Position numbers and translations under genes: made by a program
Origin: Antedon mediterranea
Taxonomy: Eukaryota > Animalia > Echinodermata
Length of the DNA stretch: 64,000 nucleotides
Direction: 5' to 3'
Assembly (NCBI RefSeq): GCF_964355755.1
Contig: NC_092677.1
Coordinates: 11,182,101-11,246,100, forward strand
Notes under the pieces: model-generated
What the model was told of the DNA's origin: nothing
The model's database searches: none
The model's input: the letters and a program-made list of their open reading frames with translations, nothing else
Shown: piece by piece, positions 1 through 13,906 of the stretch
How the letters are laid out: every line of letters starts with the position of its first letter
Numbering within the stretch: position 1 is the stretch's first letter

Positions 1-1296
1 ACCGCCATCTATAGATCGCCAAAAACATTAATGATTTTTTCTCTCACGCGGAATTTTTTGTTGCGGCAACATAAACAAAAGACTGACTGTATGCTTCGTT
101 CGTATGTTACGTTTTTTTCAAAAGAACTAGCCTAAATATGATAGCAAGAGGCCTATTAACTCTAAACAACTAAAAGGACACACTATAAGTAAGACGATCG
201 CTTTTATATAAAAGTTTATTATGATTGTTACTATGAATTAGTAGTAGTATGCTAGGCCTAGGTTAGTCTAGGCCTTCTTCTTGAACAATTAATAATTATT
301 AAGTAGGCCTCACTCGACTCATCCTCGGGCCGAGAATTTACTAACCAGGTAGACTAGTACTAGGCCTAGGCCTATATAGCATTATAATATCCGTACTAGC
401 ACCAGTCGTCGCTAGGCTTAGTCTTATGCTAGCCGGCTCTGTAGCCTACTAAAGTAGTAACTAGGCCTAGCCTAGGTAATTATTAATATTAGTTAGGCGG
501 CCAGGGCCTATCAAGGGCCAGGCTTGGTTAAAAAGAATGTCGTACATAGACATTTTCAATCTATCTATAAAAGGTTTTCGCTTTGTCTACTCTTTTTTGT
601 CATCTTGTTGACATTAATCAAAGAAAGCTAAAAAAAAGCATTTATTTATACACACAAAGAAAGCCATTTAATAAATAAAAAATCTTGTTTACAGTTTTGT
701 ATGTTTATTAATCCATGGTTTATTTTAAACTGGACTGTGTGTACAGACTCTAAGGTCAAGGTGGATCAAACAAAAAACAATCATAAGCAAGTGACCCATA
801 ATGAACAAGTGTTAAAAATCATTAGGGCATTCAGATGTTTTTGTTTTAAATCCATCCAATCCTGGTCCAATACAAATACTATAAATATCTACAATTTAAT
901 GTAACGGTTTATAACTGAACTCATTATTCCACTGTCGATACCTTAAAATGGCTGAGTTTGCTTGTACATTTGAACTGTGAGTACCCATAAATAATTGTAA
1001 TAGCAGTAGTAATGTGTTTTATTGATTTAATATGGTTATAAACTTTTACTGTATAGGTTTTGTTAATCTTTTGTTAATTCTATTTATTTAATTTTTAATT
1101 GTTGCATGTCTCGTCATGTTGTATTTTTGTAAGGGTCCCTAATGACGGCTGGATGGACCACACTCGTAAAATATTGTTGAAATAAAATAAATTCAGAAAG
1201 TACCTATTGTCTAACTTTGTATATTTCAACATAAATTTCATCAATTTCTTCCTGTTCAGATATTTAAATGAAGTAAGAAGCAATTATCAGAAGACA

Positions 1297-4200
1297 ATGG
1301 AATCGGTTGTAGACACTGTGGTGGGTAGTTTCGATTCATCGCATTTAGTACCGCGCTCGATGTCGCCCGCTTCTCTCATGGATATAGATTTAGATAAGGA
1401 GTCTTACTCGGAGGAGTTTTACACGGAGCCGGTGCGAAGCAGCTCCTTGCTCAATGGTGAGGAAGATACCTTGTCAGATGATGATATCAAAATTGAAAGA
1501 GAGCGTGCAAATTCATGTGGTTCACAAACAGATGTGTCATCACTTTCAATCGAAGATCTTTATGTACCCATCGTGGGGTATGAAGTGATGGAGCAAAGAG
1601 CAAGATTCACGGTAAGCATTCAACCATGACGAATTCCTTTTCAGAATCAATAAAATAGAATTTCAAATAGATTTGAAATTTGTACAGTTTATGCTGTACA
1701 TACAGTAGTACGTTATAAAAGATAGAAACATGGTTGAATAAACACTTTTAACTTTGTTTAAAAGACGGAAAAATGTTTTAAAATGGTTGAGTAAACACAT
1801 ATAATGTTGTTTGAAAGTAACCCAGGTGTAATTTTATGAACTACTGAAGGTTAATAATCAACAAGTTGTAAACAAATACTGTACTTGGACTCAAACAAGT
1901 TTATTGTGTTTGTTCAAACTATACAGTTCAGTGTCCTCCTTACTGAATTGCTTTCAATACTATAGTTCTATTCTATAGAACTATCACATTTTGAAGTTAA
2001 TGGGATTAAACACATTTTTTTGTTATTTTGAACATTGGAATTATTAAAGTTTGATCGAAGTATTGTTTCTTAAAGTACAAGAACTTTTTAGTACTCCATT
2101 TCTCAAAGTCACAGACATCTCACAGGTCAATGAATATGATGCCATGCTTAATTGCCTTTTGTATTACCTACTCTACATGTGATTCATTGATTCACAAGTT
2201 TTTCAACTTATAAAGCTCTGTCTACACTATCAAACGTTATGTGATGTGCCCATATATGGACATGATGATGTCATATCATTACCATATTTGGGCATATCTC
2301 TACCATATTTGGGCACATCACTACACTAGTTTGATAGTGTAGACAGAGCTTTAGAGGGCAATCACTGTATTTACCCGTTAGAGTAGAGAAATTATTTAAA
2401 TTACTTCAGTAGTTACTATAGTAAAATGTTAAGCCACATAATTACAGTCTAAGCAGGGAGTTGTAAAATAAGCAACTCCCTGGTCTACGGTAAGCTAATG
2501 TTTAGAATTTAAACTTCCTTCTTTAGTTGTATGGCTTTCTCAAAGCTGTAATATTAGTAAATTTCCTCTTGAATTTGATATTATTAACTTCCTTAATTTA
2601 TAAATGTCATAAACAACATTGGCTATGTATAACTAAGATGCGGTAATGTAAGTTTTCATAGAATTTCAAAAACTTGCTTTAACTGTTTATGTACAGTAAC
2701 AATTCCATGGTTTCTATAAAGCTCTGTCTACACTATCAAAGCTTATGTGACAAAAATGTTATGTGCCCATACGTACTGTATGGACATGATGATGTCATAT
2801 CACTACCACATTTGGGTATATCACTACCATATTTGGGCGCATCATACTTTTTTTGTCAAACTAGACAGAACTTAATACTGAAATACAAGTAAGTAATAAT
2901 AATACAGTGTTTGTCATTCATACAGTACTACTTTACATAGTATTTCCTTGGGCAGAAATACAAAGAACATTTTATAAGAAACGTGGGTAATTGACTTAAT
3001 AGAATGTTTTATAGTAATACCAATAATGTGTAGATAAAATATAGTACCTGCACTTTGTATTTTTGAATAAACCATTCTTTTATATTCTGAGATTCTGTAA
3101 ACATTGTTGACCGGAACTCATTTTGTTGCAGGTACTTTGTTTGTGGTTACTTGTTCAAAAACTAATTAATTAAACGAGTGTCCCATTCAATTGACAATAA
3201 CAAATAGTATTTATTGATGACATACCATTTACTCAGTGGCTTTGAGACTTTGATTAGATTTGTCAACATGATACAAATCGCAACCAATTTAGAATTTCAT
3301 CATAAAGTACAACCCCACCTTCAGCCCTAAAAGTACCTCTTTTATAAACATAATAATTATATTTAATTTATAAAACATACTCAACCTTCCTTCAGCTCTA
3401 TAAAAGTATCCTTCTTTGAGGATAAAAAAACCATACTGTAGTGCTCATTATAGTAATACTGTAAATGGTAAGATTCATGAAAATATTGATAATAATAATA
3501 TTGTTAATTACTGTACACTGTATCTAGTAATTATAAATTTATGGGCTAAATTTATTGGGATAAAAAAACTGTATTACTGTTAGTATTATTACTGTACTGT
3601 ACATACTGTATTGATTTTGTACAGGCTTGAAATAAACAGCTTGACAACAGACTTTCATTATTTATTGAAGGGAATTAGTAAAGTTGGTACTTCATCAATA
3701 ATCTCTCTTTTGTGACGTTAAAGCAGGATTCCATGTCATCACAATAACCATTATCTATTAGTAACCTTGGCCCAATTGACAGTCTTGAGTAACTTACATT
3801 TTGTTTAGAAAATGTTATTTTGTGTTCAAGTTCAAGGCATATTTGAATAGGTAGGAGGTTGATAGTGAGGTTATGGTACAACAATACATCGTTTAGTAAA
3901 AATAGAAAAGAATGTGTAGTGATAGTTTAAAGTGAGTTGCGTAAATTACCAATTTCACAGCACAAATCATGGAATGCTAGTAAGTGCAAAATGTATGTGA
4001 CTCAAATTATATAGAATCTTACTATAGCTGAAATGGAATTTTATTTCACTTCAATGATATTTAACTAGGGTGAGTCCACCCAGCCGAAGCTGATCATTAG
4101 GGACACTCAGGGCAAATACAATACAAGAAAGTAATAATAGTTCATTCTTATACATACAGTATAAGCATATGAAAATACAGTGTAACCAGGGACAAAAATT

Positions 4201-7200
4201 AAAAATTAAATTAAAATAAATAGAATTGAGAAAAAATTAATTTAAAATTCGTACTAAACCAAATGAATTATATTGTAACTTTTTGATGGTTGGATCATGG
4301 ACCTATAGGTCCATGGTTGGATGACTTTGTCTGTCATTTTGTCTTTCTTGCTATTCTTTACCTTTAAGCTCTGTCTACACAATCACAACTTTATTTGACA
4401 AAAAAAATAAGAGGGTGTGCGTGGGCCAAATGACAGTACTGTACAATACAGTAGTAGTCATCATATAATATAATTCATCAACTGTACTATTATTTCTTAA
4501 TTTTACTACTATTACTAACTGTATATTTATGAATTTTCATATTTTCAGGTATTTAAAATCCATGTAAGAAAATCTCCAACTGAAAATTGGTTTGTCTTCC
4601 GAAGATACACAGATTTTGTGCGATTAAACACAAAGGTACAGTAAATTTTATTTTAAATTTATGATATTCAAATTGATTAAATTAAATAAAATTGTATGAT
4701 TTTTAGGTTAGAATTGTAAAATTAATTTTGTATCTAATCTAACACAATTGCTTTATACCATGGTATTTAACCTTACGGAATTGTATAGCCTGGTCTATGG
4801 TATATAAAATACTGTACTTGGTCAAAATACTGAATATTCTGATAGAACAACACAGTCTGAACACTGTATGGCACTAACACATGGTGACATTTTCTGATAT
4901 AAACTAAAAATAATTATCTCTATAGTAGAAATTTGCATATTGACATATTGATGCTGTATCTTAGATAAATCATTAATACTGTATTCATTAATAGCTTTCT
5001 GTCTGGTAAGATGGCTATTTGGTTTTCTCAAAGGGTAAAGTTCAGTTACAGTATTACATTGGTAGTGAGTGAGTTTATTGTAGCATATGATGAACTCATG
5101 ATGTTACAGTACTCAGGCCTTGTCTTTTAAGGTGAGCGAGTGCGATCACTCACCTAACACACTCCTAAACTGCCCTTGAGGAGTGCGATTTACAACATGC
5201 TTAAATTTGGTAAACTTCTACAAACAGCACACATACAGTACAGCATCCCTGAATGTAATGAGGAGTGCAATTTGTAGCACACCTATCATTTTCAAAAGAC
5301 AAGGCCTGAGTACTGTATGTTGGTGTTTTGTTTAAGTACAGTGTAGTCCTTACAGTATCTTCTTGACATCCACCCCTACAGTACTTCTCTATGTACACAG
5401 TTAGTCAAGTCAGTGTGCACTTTAAAGAACCCAGTTCATTATTCGAGACGAGTTACCTTGGTGAACTGGTTCTCAAAATAGGACAGTGATTTATTTAACC
5501 ATTGGTAATCCTTGGCCACATGTGCAACAATACATAAATAAATAAAAATAATATTTAAGAATTATGTTTTTTTATTTTCAGTTGAAGAGGTTTTTTCCAA
5601 CCTTCCGGTTGGCGTTACCTCCCAAGAGGTGGTTCGGTGACAATTACGATGCTAATTTTCTTGAGGACCGACAGCTAGGCCTACAAGCATTTATTAACAA
5701 TGTTACCAGTCATAAAGATATCCTTCAATGGTTTGTTTTTTGTATTATTTTATATCATAATGATCGATTGTTATATTTTTTAAAACAATGTGCATTTGTA
5801 CAGTATGTTTGTGCCATCCACACCTGTGCACAAAATCACAGGTTATCCACCTTCCCACTGACCGCCCCCCCCCCCAACAATACATTCACGTAAGGATTGT
5901 TGCATCATACAATCTGCTGATTTTATTTTGCGTTACTCCAATGCTTATTGTAAAAAGCTTTGTTAAATAAAATAATATTGTCATTATCCTGTCTAATTGT
6001 TTACTTTTTGGAAAAGTAAACTTAAGGCATCATGTGAGTGATAATGTGATTTGTTCTTGCATTGTCACAGACCCACATTTTCAGGGTAATATTCAAAGTC
6101 CAGCTGCAAACTCATTGTGTCTAACATACTGCAAACTTTATTATTATAATAATAATATTACATTACGATTTTTATTTAGTTTTACAATGGCAATAGAAAA
6201 AAAAAATATTAAATTGAATCAAAGTTTTGTTTAAAAAAATACAAGAAATTTGACACCATACTGTAAATGAATATTATAAAAACTTAAAAATATGGTCATT
6301 GTTTTTATATTGTGCTGATATAGAAATTTAAATTACTGACTGAAAATTATCAAAATTTGGTATCATAATTTGGTCATATTTCACACACAATTTCAGACTA
6401 CTTTATTGACAAATAAACTGGGCATATCCACCTACAACACAACTAGGTTCTAGACAACAATTCACTTGTAATATTATATTGGATAAACTATTAAATTTAA
6501 AGATATTTTGACACACTTGGAGTTTCATATGTATATTCATGCTTGAGCATAACTACCTAACTTATTTTATTCTTGGCTATGTTTACAATTGTTGAAGATG
6601 CAAAGAAAGAGCAACCATATGGTAATTCTACACACATAGACATGGACAATTGTACCTTATATGATCCCTAACAGAAGAATAAATGATTAAAGGACTTAAG
6701 GATATTAAACCGTTTTAAACTTCATCAATAATCTCTATAACAGCTTCACACTGTCTGAAGTTCAAAAGGATTAAAATCCACTTTTACAGGAAGGTAAAAT
6801 AGCAGGGGTTAAAGTTCAATGTCCTTCAGAATTAACCACAAAATGGGATAATAGCACAAATAGCAAAGAAGATCTTATAACACATTAATCTAATCTCATT
6901 AACCAAATTTTTTTTCCAGCAAATTTACAAGAGAATTTTTCTGCTTAGATGACCAACCTGGAGCACATGATAGTTTAGAAGAAAGCAGGGTAAGAAACAT
7001 CTTAGTGATTTGGTTATAAGCCCATCTCCTGAGGGATAAGCCCACCTTGAATTTAGAATAGATTCATGCAATGGATTATTCATTACAGTATGACCAAATA
7101 TACAGTACTAGAATGAACAGATTTTTGCAGAGTTCAGTGTACAACATCACTATACAACATCACTATTGATGTTTAGAGATTTATACAATTGATGTTTTTA

Positions 7201-9325
7201 ATTTTCTAGGCACTTTGTGACTCCCTTGAAGACACTATATATAACCTACGACAAGACCTAGTACAGAAGGAGAAAGAAGTTATAAAACTGAAACAAGAAC
7301 TGCGCAAAAGCAAGACTAGGGAGGAAGAACTCTCAACGCAGTTGTTGTATGTATTCTGACGGGTTTTCTGTTAACATTTCTTAACATTTAATTATTTAAA
7401 ATAGATTGGCACTTTGCATTGATGATACAGACATTATTAATATACTTGTACCTGTATTATTGACTAAGCCATTAGTGCTACTGCAGGTTTTTTTTTTTCA
7501 TTTGGGTTTATTGATTGGTTAGTTTAGAGCAAAAGATGACTAATACATTTGAGCCTAACAAAGACCATACAATTTGGATTTAATATAAAATTATTATTAT
7601 TTTTTTATTAAAAAACTAATTTTGATGGGTTTGCAGTAGTAATTGATACCATTTAAGTAAGGACTTGTCGTGCAGTGTGTTGGACGTTCGAATCCAACTC
7701 TTGCTGCAATGCTTGTATCCTTAGGCAAGATACTTTACTTACGTTTGCCTCTCTCCTCCCAGGTGCATAAATGGGAACCCGGTTAGATCAAGACACAAAT
7801 TTGCGCTGATTAATAGCTGCATTATGGGAGTATGTTTCCATAGGTGTTTGTTACAAAAAATGACTGGGGTAATAATGTTCAGCGCTTAGAGGTTTCACAA
7901 CATTAGGCGCTATATAAATCCAGGATAATTAATTAAATTTAAAATTTTATTCAACACAATTTTTAGATCATTGTTGTTATTGTACACTTCATTTCAATAC
8001 ATTTTATTTTTCTGTTGCCAATCATCTAACCAATAATATGCATGTATTATTAACGGCTAATTTCATTGGTGTAGGAATGGTGGTGTGCACGCATCCGCGT
8101 CTCGCTCTTCTTCACAGACGAGCGAAGAGAGCTTGGTAGAGGGCGACTATCACTCATGTGTCGAGGCGGATCAGAGTTCATTGGGTCAAAGTTCAGTTCA
8201 AGATCATTCATCATTAGTTGAAAATTCACAAGGTCATTGCTCACTAACTGAGAATGAACCTGATGAATGTGAGCATTACCCAAATGGTCAAAGTTCACAT
8301 GAGCCAACCTCTGACCCTGAAACGACACATGATGCTAATGAAAAAAATGAGAAAACTGTAGCATCTATTTCCACAGACCCAAGGTAAACGTCAAACCTAT
8401 TAGTATGAGGTGGTGCTTATGTTTGTAAATTGTTAGCTACTTTAATTGACTTGTATAAATTTAAAGTAAAACCTATATTAATAATTATTCTCATAATAGT
8501 GGTGTCCCCGGAATAGAGGTTGTCCGTAAAAATGTATTGCACCTCGTTCATATAACAAGAAAGTGTCCCTTTAATAGGAATGTCAAAGGTGGAGTTTTTC
8601 TCTATTGCTAATATTGGTCACAGAAACAATTTTAATGCATGAACGTTTTGGATAAAATGAAAATGGTTGCATGATGAGAAACAAAACCAGACTCCTTAAA
8701 AATAAAAAATTATTCCAATTTTTATGCTTCATCAAAGTCATAATTATCCTAAATTCTTAAATTCTAATATTTTATAAAATGCATGAATGAAAGACCTGAC
8801 TGTCTGCAAAACCAGACATAATGAGGTAAAAAGATTCATGAGATTGGTACAGTTGACTGAATGTGGTAAACATCGTGGTGATGCATGATTTTTTTCTTTG
8901 CCAATACTTGCCATTAGTAATTTTTTCTTTTTATTTATATCACTGCTTCCATCAACAATAACTGCTATTTAGAGTTGTTAAAAGTTTGCATGGATTTTTA
9001 TTTTTTTAATAATGGTCTGTTCTTTAAAAAGATATCTTTTGATTGACATAAATATGTAGAACTGTATATATATATATGTATATACTACTGTTTAAGTAAA
9101 TGTTTTCTTGTTTGTGTTTTTAAATATAATTTTAGTGGACCAAAAACACCAAGTATAGAAAGTGATGGGAGCTGGGACAAAGTAATAGAGTTCAACAACA
9201 AAGAATGCCAAACAAAACCAAACGAAATTCCTGTTTATAGCTCAAACAATTCCTCTATGCATAAACAATTTAAAAATGCATCAGAATCTATAGAGCATGA
9301 GAAGAAATGTGAAAAGCTGTGTTGA
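1297..9325 (+). CDS. SNX16: Sorting nexin-16 (PX domain + coiled coil), ~418 aa, 7 coding exons
   Basis: Exons 1297-1611, 4549-4635, 5582-5730, 6920-6989, 7210-7346, 8075-8383 and 9136-9325 have GT/AG boundaries with compatible phases (1257 nt). The spliced peptide contains [71 protein letters not shown] and [29 protein letters not shown], the SNX16 PX and coiled-coil signature. The last two low-complexity exons are less certain. A non-coding first exon may end at 188 (GTAAGA). Confidence 0.9.
2214..2350. mobile_element. MITE family 1 (TIR AGCTCTGTCTACACTATCAAAC), PIF/Harbinger-like; full copy
   Basis: Terminal inverted repeats AGCTCTGTCTACACTATCAAAC / GTTTGATAGTGTAGACAGAGCT with TAA/TTA flanks and internal ACTACCATATTTGGGCA repeats. 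Further copies at ~2720-2872, 4367-4405, 9338-9486, 9810-9948, 10795-11032, 13268-13408, 15080-15172, 52444-52575 and 56636-56795. The superfamily is inferred from the TIR and T/A target only. Confidence 0.85.
2454..2482. repeat. Short palindromic insertion CAGGG...CCCTG with near-perfect 7-bp flanking duplication
   Basis: 10-bp perfect arms CAGGGAGTTG/CAACTCCCTG; flanks GTCTAAG (2447-2453) and GTCTACG (2483-2489). Confidence 0.6.
4296..4315. repeat. 20-bp perfect palindrome with 7-bp target-site duplication
   Basis: CATGGACCTATAGGTCCATG flanked on both sides by GTTGGAT (4289-4295, 4316-4322). Confidence 0.75.
5107..5315. mobile_element. MITE with 22-bp perfect TIR
   Basis: CAGTACTCAGGCCTTGTCTTTT ... 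AAAAGACAAGGCCTGAGTACTG flanked by TA. Alternatively the ends are CAGG/CCTG with AGTACT duplicated. Confidence 0.7.
7655..7920 (+). mobile_element. tRNA-derived CORE-type SINE
   Basis: B-box-like GTTCGAATCC (~7687), then a CORE-like block TGTATCCTTAGGCAAGATACTTTAC...TGCCTCTCTCC...ATAAATGGG, and an L2-like tail GCGCTATATAAAT. Confidence 0.65.
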
Positions 9326-9809
9326 CGGTCTTATTACGGCTCTGTCTACTACTATCGAACTAGTTTGAAAAAAGTGTGGTGTGCCCAAATATGGTAGTGA
9401 TGTGTTTAAATATGGTAGTGATGTGACATCATCATGTCTATATATTGGCACATCACATTTTTTTGTCAAATAAAGTTTGATAGTGTTGATGTGATTTCTG
9501 CAGTACAGACATGACGCAATTACTGCATGAAGCAAACTAGTAGATATTACTGGGCACAAATGATGATAGCCGGTAGCAGTACTAAATATTGAGGCGTTGA
9601 GATGCAACAGTTATAAATGCAAAATGTTGGAATAGGAAGATGAATACATTCCAGTTCTTGTGGTGAACATTCTTAATTGTGTTGCGTAAGAGATTGTAGA
9701 ATGAACGCATTTAGTTCTACATAGCAATATAAAAGTCTATGACTGGTTAATAGATAAGCCCCCATTTATTAATGCAATATAGTACCATTACCCATGTGAG
9801 CATGCATAA

Positions 9810-9948
9810 AGCTCTGTCTACACTATCAAACTAGTTTGACCAAAATTTGATGTTCCCAAAAATGGTAGTGATATGACCAAATATGGTAGTGATATGTGTC
9901 ACATCATATTTTTATTGTCACATAAAGTTTGATAGTGTAGACAGAGCT
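9810..9948. mobile_element. MITE family 1 copy (downstream of the SNX16 stop, probable 3' UTR)
   Basis: Both TIRs present, identical to those at 2214-2350. Confidence 0.8.
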
Positions 9949-11937
9949 TATGTATTCCAGGGCCATTTGGTAAGGGTTCAACATGACCACTTTCTAACTG
10001 AATCATTTGACAACTCTGTGTCCTGGACTGGGGATTGTTCCCTCTTTTATCGACCACTCACTAATTCTCATGGCTACAACACTGCATTCATTCAAACGTT
10101 TTTATACATGCCATGATGCTTAATATTGCATCACTTTAGAAAAAGCCTTAAGCCACTCTCACTTATTGTAGCTATTGTTTCCTTGTTGTCGTAGAAAATT
10201 GTTATAATTGTTTATCAAATTTTTATTATAGAAATGAAATGTGCTACTTATAAACAAATGTCGGATTGCAATTGTGAACTTAATTTCAGATTTATCCAAT
10301 TTCTGCATATATTGAAATTTGCTATAAAAATTGTTTATTCATAGAATAATGTTCTTAGTATGTACAAAGAAAAATCTTTAGCTAGTTCACATTTAAAAAA
10401 CAATTTAAAAATACAGTCAAGTACTGTAAACATACTTATCTTAAAGTTTAAGATAACTTTCCTCTCTTGTTGACATTTATTAATTTAGTTCTAAATAAGC
10501 TGCATTAATAGTATTGCAACTGACTCAATTAATTTATTAAGTTTAGATTTATGTCTAGACATATTTTAATCATAATTGTAACTTTTTTTAATACTAGAAA
10601 TAAATTACAGTATTTTTTTAACAGAACAATTTTAAATACAATTTGTAAAGTAGTTGTAATAATAACTTGCCTTCATTCTGTGTTCCTTTTTATGGCTTCC
10701 ATATATTCTCTCTCTTTTTTTCGGGAAGAACATTTTACAACTCAAAAGTTTTTTTTTAAATGAAATTATTTTCTAGTACTGTATAAACTCAATCTCTCTG
10801 TACTATCAAACTAGTTTGGCAAAAAAAAATGTGTTAGGTGCCCAAATATGGTAGTGATTTGATGTCATTGTGTCCAGGGCCGAAGCCAGAATGAGATTTT
10901 GAATTTTTATCACCCACCCCATTTCCAAGCACAGACCGTCAAATTGTGTATACTTTGCCTTGTTTGTTTTTAACCTCTCGCACATCATATTAATTTTTTT
11001 GTCATATTAAGTTTGATAGTGTAGACAGATCTTTAGATACATCATAGTACAAAATAGGAAGTAAAATCAAGTTGGGTATGTTCCTATGTCTCGGTTGTTA
11101 TGCTACAACCATTTACGGCTAGGCAAGTATTAGGTTGAAATGAATAGAACAAATTGACCAACAAAGACAAATTAATTGAAGACCATTAAAAAACAATTAT
11201 CAGATTTTACAAAATAATTCACTCCTATCTCAGATGGATCTTGTTTTCCCCATTCTGTTATATAATCTAATTGTAATTACATTACTTGAAAACTTGTTCT
11301 TTGTAGTTTTAAATAATAAGAAATGCTTTAAAAATGAAATGTTGCCTTGACTAGACTTTCTTAATCATTGTAAATATGTAGTGATCGATAAATAAAGAGA
11401 GTTGTTATATTTTTGTGATAATTTTTAATGATGATAAAAACAAATATTGTTGATGTATGAATTTATTCAAAAGGATTAATTAATGAACAATTTTTGTGGG
11501 TATATAATAATTTAAGGACATTTTTCACTTTTATCTTTTTAATGAAATTGTAGATTAAATACAAACACGTCCATTGACTTTAGTAGAAAAGTATAATATG
11601 TACTCCAAACAATGAAATACACATCGTCATGCCAGAATTCAATACTTTGAAAGTACTTGTGATTCCTGAAAGATATGATGACTAATTAATGTCATAATAC
11701 TTAATGTTGTACTGGGCCCTCTGAGTGAAGCGACCACCCAGTATAAATTAAAATATTGACATGTATTTTATTGTTTAAAGTATGTATTACTTTTAGACTT
11801 TAAACAAGACAATCAAGCCTCTGCTGCTCCATAAATTTATGAAATATGTCTACCTGAAAATGCACTTTTTAATTGGTGTGCTTTATTTATTTTTTAGTTT
11901 TTCGTAGAGTGTTTAACACATACTTTAGTTGTGTTAA

Positions 11938-12068
11938 AGCATGGTACCCACTATGTAAGCGAGTTGACCAATCATAAGCGATAGTTCGAATAACACATTG
12001 CTTGTAATTGGTCAATTTATTTGCACTGTGATTACATACTTGCTTTGCATCTTAGTGTTAAACAAGCT
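11938..12068. mobile_element. Degenerate copy of the Harbinger-like MITE at 52967-53327
   Basis: AGCATGGTACCCACTA...TTGACCAATCATAAGCGA...GCTTGTAATTGGTCAA...CTTAGTGTTAAACAAGCT aligns by eye to that family. Confidence 0.55.
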
Positions 12069-12351
12069 TAATAGGCAATGTTATTGTAGCAATGCAAGTT
12101 GTTTTACTTTCAGACAAATTAATAGTTTTTGTAAGTTTTAAGTAACATTATATTGGGTGCTGTCGGGATGGGAAGGCTAAAAAGCACAATGTATGTAATA
12201 TGTCAGTTTTTTTTTATGTAGAATGTGTTTAACACATAGTTTAGTCATAACAGCAATGTAATGTAAGTTAGTTTGCTTTTAAAATAGTAGTTTAGATAAT
12301 ATTGTTTAAGAAACATATGTATAATATCATTTTTAATGTATATTAATACTA

Positions 12352-12845
12352 TTTGGGCCATACTACCATTGGAAGGGGTGCATGGGTTATAATGTATCTG
12401 TGTCGGATAGCAGGGGTGCATTATAATGCCATTGGCCCATACTACCATTGGAAGGGGTGCATGAGTTATAATGTATCTGTGTCTAATAGCAGGGGTGCAT
12501 TATAATGCCATTGGCCCATACTACCATTGGAAGGGGTGCATGGGTTATAATGTATCTGTGTCTGATAGCAGGGGTGCATTATAATGCCATTGGCCCATAC
12601 TACCATTGGAAGGGGTGCATGAGTTATAATGTATCTGTGTCTAATAGCAGGGGTGCATTATAATGCCATTGGCCCATACTACCATTGGAAGGGGTGCATG
12701 GGTTATAATGTATCTGTGTCTGATAGCAGGGGTGCATTATAATGCCATTGGCCCATACTACCATTGGAAGGGGTGCATGAGTTATAATGTATCTGTGTCT
12801 AATAGCAGGGGTGCATTATAATGCCATTTGGCCCATACTACCAGT
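12352..12845. repeat. 79-bp minisatellite, ~6.2 copies, alternating A/B variants (158-bp higher-order unit)
   Basis: Unit TTGGCCCATACTACCATTGGAAGGGGTGCATG[G/A]GTTATAATGTATCTGTGTCT[G/A]ATAGCAGGGGTGCATTATAATGCCA repeated head to tail. Confidence 0.95.
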
Positions 12846-13743
12846 GTGAGTGGTGCATAGGTAAATTTCACCATACTGTTTTTGATCCTGAATGTGATGA
12901 GCTTAATTTGTCTATATTTTAATAATTGATTAAACAATTAATAAAATGTTTAAGTTGTGATGCAATATCCATAAATATTAACACAATATACAGATTTGTT
13001 CAGTTTAATCAATCTATTAATAATTATAATTATTATTTTAATAGCAGAGCTGCAATTTTCATCACATAAGTACTCCATTATGTTAAGATAAGTTATGAAT
13101 TGCTGTATGTTTTAACACTTTCAACAATTAAAAAATGAATTTATATATTTTTGTTATATTATATGTAATGATGATGCACCATAATTGAAATGTACTCAAC
13201 CAGGTAATATTTATAAAGGCAAACACACAAGGAAATAATACATGCTAATTTCATGTATGTTTTTTATAAACATTAAGAATTAATTGTGATTTGCCCAAAT
13301 ATGGTAGTGATATGCCTAAATATAATATGTAGTGCTTTGACAGTATGTCCATATATGGGCACATCACATTCCTTTTTTTCACATAAAGTGTGATAATGTA
13401 GACAGAGCTTTACATTCCACTATTATTTTAGATGCTTTTTGGAACTGTTTGTTCTTGAAGTACTTTTGCAATACATTCTGTAATTGTAACTTAATGTCTG
13501 TATTTATTTTATATAATTCCTAATTGGGGAATACTCTAGTCTCTGCACAGTATATGATTAAGTTAATTTAGTTTTTCACACTCTTAATAAAACAAAATAA
13601 AACAAGGCTTTAGCAGTTTCTTGTGATTTTTTAAACAACTTGAAATGATCTATTTTAGCTTGCACACCATTAAAATCAACCATCTGAGAATGATGTGTAT
13701 GATACGATGCCGTTAGGATTATATAATATGATCTCAGTCTCTG

Positions 13744-13902
13744 TTATGGGGCGCCATAAGCAGAAAATGTATATGCGTGGCTATAAAATGTATGTGTATA
13801 TTTACAATATTTAATTTTAAATGTACACATTTCTCATTCATTTTACAGCCAAAAACTTGTGTTTGACACACATACACATTTGCTGCTTATGGCGCCCCAT
13901 AA
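13744..13902. mobile_element. MITE with 20-bp perfect (~36-bp imperfect) TIR just upstream of the ZNFX1-A promoter
   Basis: TTATGGGGCGCCATAAGCAG (13744-13763) and its exact reverse complement (13883-13902). Confidence 0.75.
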
Positions 13903-13906
13903 TATA

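Noticed and set aside
7680-7700. tRNA gene (GTTCGAATCC)
   Set aside because: No cloverleaf; it is the degenerate head of a SINE.
9308-9325. SNX16 C-terminal CEKLC as a prenylation signal
   Set aside because: Does not fit CaaX, CC or CxC patterns, and the last exon is itself less certain.
12352-12845. Regularly spaced repeats resembling a CRISPR array
   Set aside because: Units repeat head to tail with no unique spacers, there are no cas genes, and the context is eukaryotic; it is a minisatellite.
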